From Gammaproteobacteria bacterium (GTDB lineage: Bacteria; Pseudomonadota; Gammaproteobacteria; Ga0077536), in contig CAXXLL010000002.1 of the NCBI GenBank assembly GCA_963662545.2, forward strand, positions 2,272,001 to 2,336,000: a stretch of DNA of 64,000 nt. Direction: 5' to 3'. Positions 56,855 to 64,000 of this stretch are shown here, piece after piece. The translations under genes were made by a program, and so were the position numbers. Below the pieces are notes generated by a model. The model saw nothing but the letters and a program-made list of their open reading frames with translations, was not told where the DNA came from and did not search any database. Position 1 is the stretch's first letter. Every line of letters begins with the position of its first letter.

Positions 56855-57856
56855 TCAGCCAAGCAATCGCCGAACCATCGGCAGATTAGTCGATACTGGT
56901 TCAGCATAGTAAAGCCGCTTCCCATTTGATGCCTTGATAGCCGCCGTAACCCTCTCTCCATCCTCAAGCTCGCGGCGGTTGAACCGAAATTCGAACTCAG
57001 CCATGTAGCGGTGCAGATGCTTACGGCTGACACTGTGATAGACGCCATTCAGACCGCGCTTGAAGATGCTGAAAAAGCCTTCTACCCGGTTCGTGGTTAC
57101 GTCGCCCCTGGCGTACTCGCGGGCCTTATGCTTCACCGTTTCGTGACCGCCCTTGAATTCCGCACCGATACCCCGATAACCACTGTGTTCATCGGTCATA
57201 ATCCGGGAATCGGGATGGACATGCTCCCGGATAGCGGCCTTTAACGTCTTACCAGTCACATCGGGTATAACCCTAGTGCGGACTTCGCCGCCACGTTGAA
57301 CCAGGGCGACGACGGGCTGTTTGTCGCCATGGCCCCGCTTGCTCTTACCTTTGTATCGGGGCTTTCCCCCAACGAAAGTTTCATCGACTTCAACGTCGCC
57401 GTTCAACTGGCCGTCATACGCTGGTGCCATAGCGAACCGGATACGGTGCAGCAGGAATAGGGCTGACTTGTAGGAAATTCCAGTCTGGCGGTGAATCTCA
57501 AGGGCCGACACGCCTTTCTTGGACGTGGCTGCACGCCAGAACCCGAAGCACCAATGACGCAGTTCAATCCGGCTGTCCTCAAACACGGTGCCGGTGCGGA
57601 CAGTGAATTGCGCTGTAAACTTAGCTCGCGCACAATCCCGGCAGCGCCAGCGAAAGTTCTTTTGCCGTGCGCCAGTCTTGTTATCTTGCATCTGGTAGAC
57701 ATTTTCGCTACCGCAACGGGGGCAGCAAGGATTCTCGCCCCAACGCTGCTTCTCTATGAACTCAACCGCAGCCTTCTCGTCGGCGCAGGCTTTTGGAACA
57801 GCCTTGATTACTGGGTCGTTCTTGGTGGAGCGGTTTTGAACTTTTGGCTTACTCAT
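56855..57856 (-). CDS. IS1595-family transposase
   Basis: Zinc ribbon CPRCGS..WRCRDC, FTVRTGTVFE, VEVDETFVGG, IMTDE..GY, TTNRVEGFFS, HLHRYMAEFEFRFN. Confidence 0.95.
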   Translation of the reverse strand: MSKPKVQNRSTKNDPVIKAVPKACADEKAAVEFIEKQRWGENPCCPRCGSENVYQMQDNKTGARQKNFRWRCRDCARAKFTAQFTVRTGTVFEDSRIELRHWCFGFWRAATSKKGVSALEIHRQTGISYKSALFLLHRIRFAMAPAYDGQLNGDVEVDETFVGGKPRYKGKSKRGHGDKQPVVALVQRGGEVRTRVIPDVTGKTLKAAIREHVHPDSRIMTDEHSGYRGIGAEFKGGHETVKHKAREYARGDVTTNRVEGFFSIFKRGLNGVYHSVSRKHLHRYMAEFEFRFNRRELEDGERVTAAIKASNGKRLYYAEPVSTNLPMVRRLLG

Positions 57857-57862
57857 ACATCA

Positions 57863-57891
57863 ATTGTATATACAAATTATCCTTTCGTCAA
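57863..57891 (-). promoter_or_regulatory. sigma70 promoter of leaderless transposase, overlapped by TGTATATACA palindrome
   Basis: Minus strand TTGACG-17 bp-TACAAT-6 nt-ATG. Confidence 0.7.
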
Positions 57892-58040
57892 GTATAAAGT
57901 TAATTACTATGTGCTTGTCGCTAAAGGGCGGTATCGCCGATCTGCAACAAATTTTTACATATATTGTTCCTTTTTAGTCTATATTTTGTATATACAGGGA
58001 TGTAGAATGTTGCGGAAATGACCTCAAGGATGTATATGCA

Positions 58041-58334
58041 TTGCCGCTAGAGATTAGTAACGGAGTACGTCGAAAGCTCGCCAGTAAAGAGCCGCCAGTC
58101 ACGGAGGCTGAAATTGTCGAATGCTTCGCGAATAGATTGAGTAAATACCTCTATGACGTTCGGGAGGATAACAAAACTAACCCGCCCACCAGATGGTTTG
58201 TTGCTGAGACAGATTATGGAAGAAAGCTCAAAGTTGTGTTCATGAGCATTGGGGACAATATCGTGATCAAAACAGCTTTTGAACCAAATCCTGATGAAAT
58301 ACGTATATACAACAAGTTCAGCCAGCCTACTTAG
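58041..58334 (+). CDS. Putative type II toxin (BrnT/DUF4258-like)
   Basis: 97 aa, VTEAEIVECF, RWFVAETDYGRKLKVVF..IVIKTAF. Upstream of an RHH antitoxin. Confidence 0.7.
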   Translation: MPLEISNGVRRKLASKEPPVTEAEIVECFANRLSKYLYDVREDNKTNPPTRWFVAETDYGRKLKVVFMSIGDNIVIKTAFEPNPDEIRIYNKFSQPT

Positions 58335-58357
58335 TAATCTCGGAGAGAGAGAACCAC

Positions 58358-58708
58358 ATGAATGAAACCACGAAAATTGAATCAACTGAGGAAGCATGGG
58401 AGTCCGGACAGCTCGGGCGCGACGAAGCTTACGCTCACGTTTTCGAGAATGAACAAGAAGACGCACTCGATAAAGCTCTAGAACTCCAAATGATCTCCAT
58501 ACGACTTCAAAAATCTCTCATAGAAGATTTCAAGCTAATTGCCAAATTGCATGGCCTTGGGTATCAGCCGCTCATGCGTCAGATATTGACGCGGTTTGCC
58601 GATTGCGAGAAAAAGCTACTTCTTAAAAAGTTCGTAGCTGACCAAGAAAAAATGGAGGCAGCGGAGCAATTGACCGATAATGAGGAACCAATTGCCTCAC
58701 ACGGATAG
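58358..58708 (+). CDS. CopG/BrnA-like ribbon-helix-helix antitoxin
   Basis: Acidic N-terminus (TEEAWE), then MISIRLQKSLIEDFKLIAKLHGLGYQPLMRQIL. Confidence 0.8.
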   Translation: MNETTKIESTEEAWESGQLGRDEAYAHVFENEQEDALDKALELQMISIRLQKSLIEDFKLIAKLHGLGYQPLMRQILTRFADCEKKLLLKKFVADQEKMEAAEQLTDNEEPIASHG

Positions 58709-58727
58709 CCTCAAACGATTTCAATAT

Positions 58728-58752
58728 AAACCCGCTTCGGCGGGTTTTTTTT
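58728..58752 (+). terminator. Intrinsic terminator
   Basis: AAACCCGC-TTCG-GCGGGTTTTTTT. Confidence 0.85.
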
Positions 58753-58804
58753 CACCGCCAGAAACCCGTCATAAGGGTTTACTCAAGTACATACTTCCGT
58801 TTTT

Positions 58805-59593
58805 TTACAAACCCGCTTTTTTCGCCGCCTCCCACAAGCGGTCCAACCACTCGAGATCCGCAGACCCGGGCGACGAGCCCTGCGCCCGCAGTTCGGCCTC
58901 CACGTGCCTGAACCGCCGTTCGAATTTCCGGTTCGCGGCACGTAAAGCGGCCTCCGGATCACAACCGAGGTGGCGTGCGACGTTAACCATCGCAAACAGC
59001 AAGTCGCCTAATTCTTCGTGGATCGCAGCGACGTTCGACTGCCCCATGGCGTCCTCGAGTTCCGCGGTTTCTTCGCCAAGCTTAGCCCAGGGGCCAGCCA
59101 CATCCGGCCAGTCAAACCCGACCCTGGCGGCCCGCTTCTGCAGCTTTAGGGCGCGCGTGAGCGCGGGGAAATTGACGGGCACCTCGTCGAGTTCGCTGAA
59201 CGTATCGCGATCGCGCCGGGACGCGCGCTCCGTCGCCTTCTGCATTTCCCACTGTTTGGCAACGGCCGTCGCATCGCTTGCGCCACCGTCCTCGAATACG
59301 TGGGGATGCCGTCTCAAGAGCTTCCGCTCCAATTCGCCTATTACCTCGTCGATTGAGAAACGGCCCTCCTCCTCGGCTAACTGGCAATAGAAAATGACCT
59401 GAAACAGAAGATCGCCTAATTCCGAGGGTAACTCCTCCAGACGCCCGGATTCGATGACGTCCGCCACCTCGAAAGCCTCTTCCAAGGTATGCGCTACGAT
59501 CGATTTAAACGTCTGTTCCCGGTCCCAGGGACAGCCGCCATCGGGCGCGCGCAATGCCCGCATCAGGTCACGCAGTGTTTGGAGATTCGACAT
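58805..59593 (-). CDS. mazG: Nucleoside triphosphate pyrophosphohydrolase
   Basis: LRAPDGGCPWDREQT, EEAFEV, ELGDLLFQV, RRHPHVF, GFDW, second EELGDLLF. Confidence 0.96.
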   Translation of the reverse strand: MSNLQTLRDLMRALRAPDGGCPWDREQTFKSIVAHTLEEAFEVADVIESGRLEELPSELGDLLFQVIFYCQLAEEEGRFSIDEVIGELERKLLRRHPHVFEDGGASDATAVAKQWEMQKATERASRRDRDTFSELDEVPVNFPALTRALKLQKRAARVGFDWPDVAGPWAKLGEETAELEDAMGQSNVAAIHEELGDLLFAMVNVARHLGCDPEAALRAANRKFERRFRHVEAELRAQGSSPGSADLEWLDRLWEAAKKAGL

Positions 59594-59742
59594 GAATGGC
59601 CTCCGTCATCCGTCCCGGTGACGCCATGAACGGCGTGTAACAATGCATCAATGGCCTTGATTAGATCGTTCTTTACCTTGAGAATCCGTGGGATTTGATA
59701 TTTTCAAGGCCACTTGCAGCACACCGACTCAAGCGTCAGGAC

Positions 59743-60318
59743 ATGTCACAGCCGCTCATTCTAAGACTCGATATCGAGGGGACGCCAATCCGCTGGATCC
59801 CTTGGCAGAATGCCGTGTGCCTTTACAGCCGTGAACTGGTGGCCTGGACGGCGGGCGATAACGCGTTCACGTTTTATGGCGGAGTCGAGCGCGCCAGCGG
59901 CGAGCGTTCCTCGATCACCGTGCATTCGATCATTGCGATCAAGCGATCGAAACGGGGAAAACACCTCAAACGGCACATCCCGCCGCTCAACAGTCACGAG
60001 CTATTCCGGCGCGACGGCAAGCTTTGCATGTATTGTGGCGGGGAGTTCGCCGAACACGGCTTGACGCGGGACCATGTGATCCCCTTGTCCCACGGCGGCC
60101 GCGACGTCTGGTCCAACGTGGTCAGCGCCTGCCGTAGCTGTAACATGCGCAAGGGCGGCCGCACTCCGGAACAGGCCCGCATGCCGCTGCTGGCCGTCCC
60201 CTATGTCCCTAACTGGGCCGAATTTCTCGCACTTTCCAACCGGCGCATTCTTGCCGACCAGATGGATTTTCTGAAATCTCAGTTCAACCGCAAGAATCGA
60301 ATCCTCGGCATCGCCTGA
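59743..60318 (+). CDS. HNH endonuclease
   Basis: LFRRD..CMYCG..LTRDHVIP..GG..W.NVVSACRSCN.RKG.RTP. Confidence 0.9.
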   Translation: MSQPLILRLDIEGTPIRWIPWQNAVCLYSRELVAWTAGDNAFTFYGGVERASGERSSITVHSIIAIKRSKRGKHLKRHIPPLNSHELFRRDGKLCMYCGGEFAEHGLTRDHVIPLSHGGRDVWSNVVSACRSCNMRKGGRTPEQARMPLLAVPYVPNWAEFLALSNRRILADQMDFLKSQFNRKNRILGIA

Positions 60319-60731
60319 AGATCGCCTGCCGTGGCTTTCTTCTCGCCGCATTCACCGTGGCCGCAAGCACTGCATCGGCTGCTGATGGCGCCGGGAATTA
60401 TGCGATCTGGGGTACGGGCAACGCGTCTTGTAATCGATTCCTGCATGCAGACGATCGTGACGACGGGCAGGCGCCTTTCGAACACTACCTAATGGGATAC
60501 CTGACGGCTTACAACACGCTGTACGACGATACGTACAACGCACTCGGCGCGATACCGCTCGCAGACGCCATGGACTGGCTCGCAGATTACTGCGACCTGC
60601 ACAAGCTCGATAGTTTCGAGCGCGCCATCATGCAATTAGTGGTTGCGCGACACGACCAGCGCCTGCGGCGATCATCCAACACCGCGAGGGGTTGGGGTAC
60701 GCCAGCCGCTAAAAGCCCAGACCCCCGCTGA
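60315..60731 (+). CDS. Hypothetical exported protein
   Basis: YAIWGTGNASC..YLMGYLTAYN..WLADYC. A full signal peptide needs a CTG start at 60315, otherwise the start is GTG 60357. Confidence 0.65.
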   Translation: MKIACRGFLLAAFTVAASTASAADGAGNYAIWGTGNASCNRFLHADDRDDGQAPFEHYLMGYLTAYNTLYDDTYNALGAIPLADAMDWLADYCDLHKLDSFERAIMQLVVARHDQRLRRSSNTARGWGTPAAKSPDPR

Positions 60732-60938
60732 CGTATGAATCCGGGATCGCTCAAATGCTCGTTTCAGTCATCGTCGTAAGCTTGCGCAAGATGTTGTTAA
60801 GCAGCTCACAGTTCGGGCTGTTAACACCTTTTTTGACTGTGGAGCGAATTGCGCTAGACCCTATAATCGTTCATCATCTCGACCACCGAATGGACTGATA
60901 AAAATTCAACGTCGTCCCGCGTACGAGGAGAACCACTA

Positions 60939-61256
60939 ATGAGCAAGAATCTGATTGGACACCTGAAGCTGCCGGCGATCTGCATCCTGCTAGGCTTCGT
61001 TAGCGCGTGTTCGACCGTCGACAGCAAACAGGTTTCGGCTATCGAGGCCAAGGCCAACAGCGCGATATCCGAAGCCCGCAGCGCGGCCAGCACCGCGCAG
61101 AATGCGATGAAGGCCGCCGAGGCGGCTCAAGCCGCGGCCGATGCCGCGGCGGCAACCGCCGCTGAGGCCAAGAGCACGGCCGAAGCAGCGATGTCCTGCT
61201 GTAACGAGAACAAGGATCGCATCGAACGCATGTTCGAACAGACGATGAAGAAATGA
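60939..61256 (+). CDS. Lpp/OprI-like alanine-zipper lipoprotein
   Basis: RBS GAGGAG, lipobox VSAC, Ala-rich coiled coil, C-terminal RIERMFEQTMKK. Confidence 0.88.
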   Translation: MSKNLIGHLKLPAICILLGFVSACSTVDSKQVSAIEAKANSAISEARSAASTAQNAMKAAEAAQAAADAAAATAAEAKSTAEAAMSCCNENKDRIERMFEQTMKK

Positions 61257-61285
61257 ACTAGCGATTCCGCACAAAGTCTCGTAGT

Positions 61286-61311
61286 AGAACCCCGCCGCGG
61301 CGGGGTTCTTT
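61286..61311. terminator. Terminator between convergent genes
   Basis: AGAACCCCGCC-GC-GGCGGGGTTCT followed by TTATTT. Confidence 0.75.
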
Positions 61312-61331
61312 ATTTGTGCACTAGCAGCCTA

Positions 61332-62351
61332 TCAACTCCGAGAGTTAAGGATCGCGCCTGGTTTGAGTTGCAGTGTGCCTATGACGTGGGGTATGCCGTC
61401 CTTCATTTCCACGGCGCGCCTGATATCCGCCCAGACCAACCGCACCTTGTAGTCCTTGACGCGGTCGAGAATCAGCTTGACCACGTGGGAATACTGATCG
61501 TTGTACACGTTCTTGTCTTCATTCAGGTGAGGATGCACTTCGAGATAAACCTGGTCGTGTGACACACCGATCTTGTACGGCTGATTGACGATATGTACCG
61601 CCATCCCGACCTGCGTCGCGCTGAAGACCTGTGCGATGTCTTTGGGATACATGCGTACACATCCGTGCGTCACGCGCATGCCGATTCCATAGGGTTTATT
61701 GGTTCCGTGAATCAGGTACCCGGGAATGCTCAGACGTACCGCGTGCGCACCCAGAGGATTGTCCGGCCCGGGCGGTACGACCGCCGGGAGGGGATCGCCC
61801 TCCGCCGCGTGCTCCGCCCGAATCGATTCAGGTGGATACCACGACGGATTGCGCACCTTCGAGACGATCTTGGACTTACCGTGGGGAGTGACCCAGTCCT
61901 GGCGCCCGATACTGACAGGAAAAGTCAGCACTTCGGTCTGCGCGCGCCGGTTGTTCTTGTTGAACAAGTACAGGCGCATTTCAGGGACGTTGATGACGAT
62001 GCCGTCGCGCGGCGCATCAGGGATCACATAGAGATTCGGCACAACGATTTCGGCACCTTCGCCCGGAATCCAGGGGTCTATGCCGGGATTCGCCAATCGC
62101 ATTTCCTTGTAACCCTGGTCGTAGGCGCGGGCGAGATCCGAAAGGGTATCTGCGTAAACCGTTGTCGCGAGGGACACCTCCCCGATCAGATCGGGGGCAT
62201 CATCTCGTAGGTAAAATGACTGGCCGGCGTGCGCCACCAAGCACGGCAGGGCGAGTATCAACAGCATCAAACCAAGGTTTCCCAAGCGTCTCGGGCGTGC
62301 GCTTGCAGCGGCAAACCCGGCGACTAAACGATGATATCCATACGCGATCAA
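61332..62351 (-). CDS. L,D-transpeptidase (ErfK/YbiS/YcfS family)
   Basis: LysM-like ANPGIDPWIP, INVPEMRLY, GPDNPLG, YLIHGTN..GIGMRVTHGCVRM. Start may be downstream. Confidence 0.92.
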   Translation of the reverse strand: MIAYGYHRLVAGFAAASARPRRLGNLGLMLLILALPCLVAHAGQSFYLRDDAPDLIGEVSLATTVYADTLSDLARAYDQGYKEMRLANPGIDPWIPGEGAEIVVPNLYVIPDAPRDGIVINVPEMRLYLFNKNNRRAQTEVLTFPVSIGRQDWVTPHGKSKIVSKVRNPSWYPPESIRAEHAAEGDPLPAVVPPGPDNPLGAHAVRLSIPGYLIHGTNKPYGIGMRVTHGCVRMYPKDIAQVFSATQVGMAVHIVNQPYKIGVSHDQVYLEVHPHLNEDKNVYNDQYSHVVKLILDRVKDYKVRLVWADIRRAVEMKDGIPHVIGTLQLKPGAILNSRS

Positions 62352-62378
62352 AACGAGACGCTCCTTGCAACCCTTTGT

Positions 62379-62765
62379 TCAAGCCTTCGAGAGGGCATAA
62401 ACCGCAATAGACAACCACGCGCCCATCAATGCAAGGCCGCCAGCCGGCGCGGCGATGGCGAACACGCGAACGCCGCTCAGCACACTGGCGCTTAGACCGC
62501 CGCAAAACAGGATTATTCCCGCAATGGCGAGGACGCCGGCGATCCGGATCGAGACAGAGCCCGGTGTCGACTCGGCCAGAGCGCCGATAACAACGAGCAA
62601 CAGGCCGTGGATCAGCAGATAGGCGGAAACGGTCTCCAGCGTCGCAAGGCCGGCCGGCTCAATGCGCTGTTTGAACAGATGCGCGCTCAAAGCGCCGAGC
62701 ACGATCCCGGCGCAACCGGCCAGCCCCCCCGTGATCATGAAAATTTTAACCAGTATTGACGTCAT
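62379..62765 (-). CDS. DUF423 membrane protein (YgdD/TMEM256-like)
   Basis: LGALSAH, Y..IHG, GIILFCG, AP.GG....AW. Confidence 0.85.
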   Translation of the reverse strand: MTSILVKIFMITGGLAGCAGIVLGALSAHLFKQRIEPAGLATLETVSAYLLIHGLLLVVIGALAESTPGSVSIRIAGVLAIAGIILFCGGLSASVLSGVRVFAIAAPAGGLALMGAWLSIAVYALSKA

Positions 62766-62946
62766 CCAAGCGATTCAAGGAGAGGGAAAAAAGCGTCTTT
62801 CGGTGCCCGTCGATGGGCCGGCAGCAGGACCGTGGAAAATCACGATTATCACCACCCTGGTAATCTCGCGCCGATGAAACACTATACTCGCCCGATTTCC
62901 GGATGATAGCGCCTCGCGCGACGGTGAGAGACAGGATACGGCAAAC

Positions 62947-64000
62947 GTGAACAGAGGCGCCAATGCCCGCGGGCTCTGCCAAGCACTCGTGACGGTGCTC
63001 ATGTTAATGAGCGCGGGTATCCGCAGTGAATCCATCGATATCAGCCGGGCGTTCAGCATATCCAGTGATTACACTACTGGCGACACGTTCATGCAGATCC
63101 GCCTGCGAGGCACCGTAGAACTGATACCCGCAGCATTGCACGGCATCGAACTGCATGAACTGTCGGGGCTCGCCTGGGCGGCGGATGAGAAAACGCTGTA
63201 TGCCGTATCCGACGCTGGCTTCGTCGCTCATCTACGCCCGCATTTTCATGACGGTAATCTGATTCGCGTCTACCTCGACGCCATCCACCGACTGCTCGGG
63301 CCGGATGGAGCACCCGTTGCGAAACGCCTGGCCGACGCCGAAGGGCTGGTGGCACGCAACGCGCGCAACGGCGTCAGAGATGATACGGAGTTGATCATCT
63401 CATTTGAAACGGTGCCCAGAATCGTCCATTACACGCCGCGCGGTGAATACCTCCGGGAGACGGCGCTGCCGTTGCCGCTGCGCGAACCGGACCGCTACTC
63501 AGCGCGTAACCGGGAGCTCGAGGCGCTCACCGAGCACGATGAATTCGGCCTGATCACGGGGCCGGAACGCCCGCTGAAAAATGCCCATCAATCGATGATT
63601 ACGCTCTATTCGGTCGCTGGTCATTCCTGGCTTTATCGCCCCATTGATCCCGAACACAGCGCATTGGTCGGCCTTGAATCGATGCCGGGTGGTGATCTCC
63701 TGATACTCGAACGGCGATTCGCTTCGGTATTCCGTCCCGTCATCATCTCGCTACGACGGGTGCGCCTTCATCCACCGGCGTTTGGGGACGAAACACCGAT
63801 TACCGACATCGCGCGTTTCGATTCATCCAGGGGCTGGGCGATCGATAATTTCGAAGGGGTAGCGCGGCACGAAGGTTCACGTTATTTCATCGTCAGCGAC
63901 GACAATGACAGCCCGCTTCAAAAAACGCTGCTGATGTATTTTGAGATCGGCGATGACGTGGCGCCCTTTCGGGAAGCTGACCGCCTGTCCGGTGAAGCCG
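62947..64000 (+). CDS. Esterase-like activity of phytase family protein (runs off window end)
   Basis: Open frame with no stop before the end: ELSGLAW..LYAVSD.G, DAEGL, LEAL, LILERRF, DNFEG, VSDDN. Absent from the ORF track because no stop is present. Confidence 0.85.
   Translation, partial: MNRGANARGLCQALVTVLMLMSAGIRSESIDISRAFSISSDYTTGDTFMQIRLRGTVELIPAALHGIELHELSGLAWAADEKTLYAVSDAGFVAHLRPHFHDGNLIRVYLDAIHRLLGPDGAPVAKRLADAEGLVARNARNGVRDDTELIISFETVPRIVHYTPRGEYLRETALPLPLREPDRYSARNRELEALTEHDEFGLITGPERPLKNAHQSMITLYSVAGHSWLYRPIDPEHSALVGLESMPGGDLLILERRFASVFRPVIISLRRVRLHPPAFGDETPITDIARFDSSRGWAIDNFEGVARHEGSRYFIVSDDNDSPLQKTLLMYFEIGDDVAPFREADRLSGEA

Larger units (their letters stand above)
55496..58799 (-). 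mobile_element. IS1595-family transporter element with passenger genes
   Basis: IRs CGCGAGTATGTACCTGAGTAAACCCT / (rc) CGGAAGTATGTACTTGAGTAAACCCT. TTTTTTTA duplicated at 55488-55495 and 58800-58807. Contains an IS1595 transposase and is lower in GC than the flanks. Confidence 0.9.

Noticed and set aside
56656-57048. 130-aa minus-strand ORF over the tRNA as a frameshifted transposase tail
   Set aside because: The transposase has a normal C-terminus, and the sequence is better explained by the plus-strand tRNA.
57491-58021. 176-aa plus-strand ORF
   Set aside because: Antisense to the transposase and running across promoters, with no protein-like features.
58805-60318. mazG plus HNH as a defence system belonging to the IS element
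   Set aside because: Both lie outside the IR and target duplication and look like ordinary chromosomal genes.

Overview
Chromosomal segment, most likely from a Gammaproteobacterium (efp-epmA-epmB, parE-parC, xseB-ispA-folE2, mla, Lpp-like lipoprotein). The left end is a decaying exopolysaccharide locus: IS630 in a wzc-like gene, and an FkbM methyltransferase hit by an ISNCY element and a 7-bp duplication. The middle holds housekeeping genes (apbE, moxR/bat operon, two c-di-GMP enzymes, xdhC/mocA, mlaFEDC, type-2 ileS with a GIHH motif, cysS-sufE, metK-ahcY, trxB, yoaA) interspersed with REP pairs and MITEs, plus a GC-rich Actinobacteria-like furA-katG islet. The most notable feature is a 3.3-kb IS1595-family transporter element (55496-58799; 26-bp terminal IRs, 8-bp TTTTTTTA target duplication). 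It carries a BrnT/CopG-like toxin-antitoxin pair, a proline-rich winged-helix-like protein, a 56-aa ORF and a tRNA-like gene with leucine-tRNA identity elements but a proline (TGG) anticodon. A candidate sigma54-dependent sRNA lies immediately to its left. All calls were made by eye without database searches.
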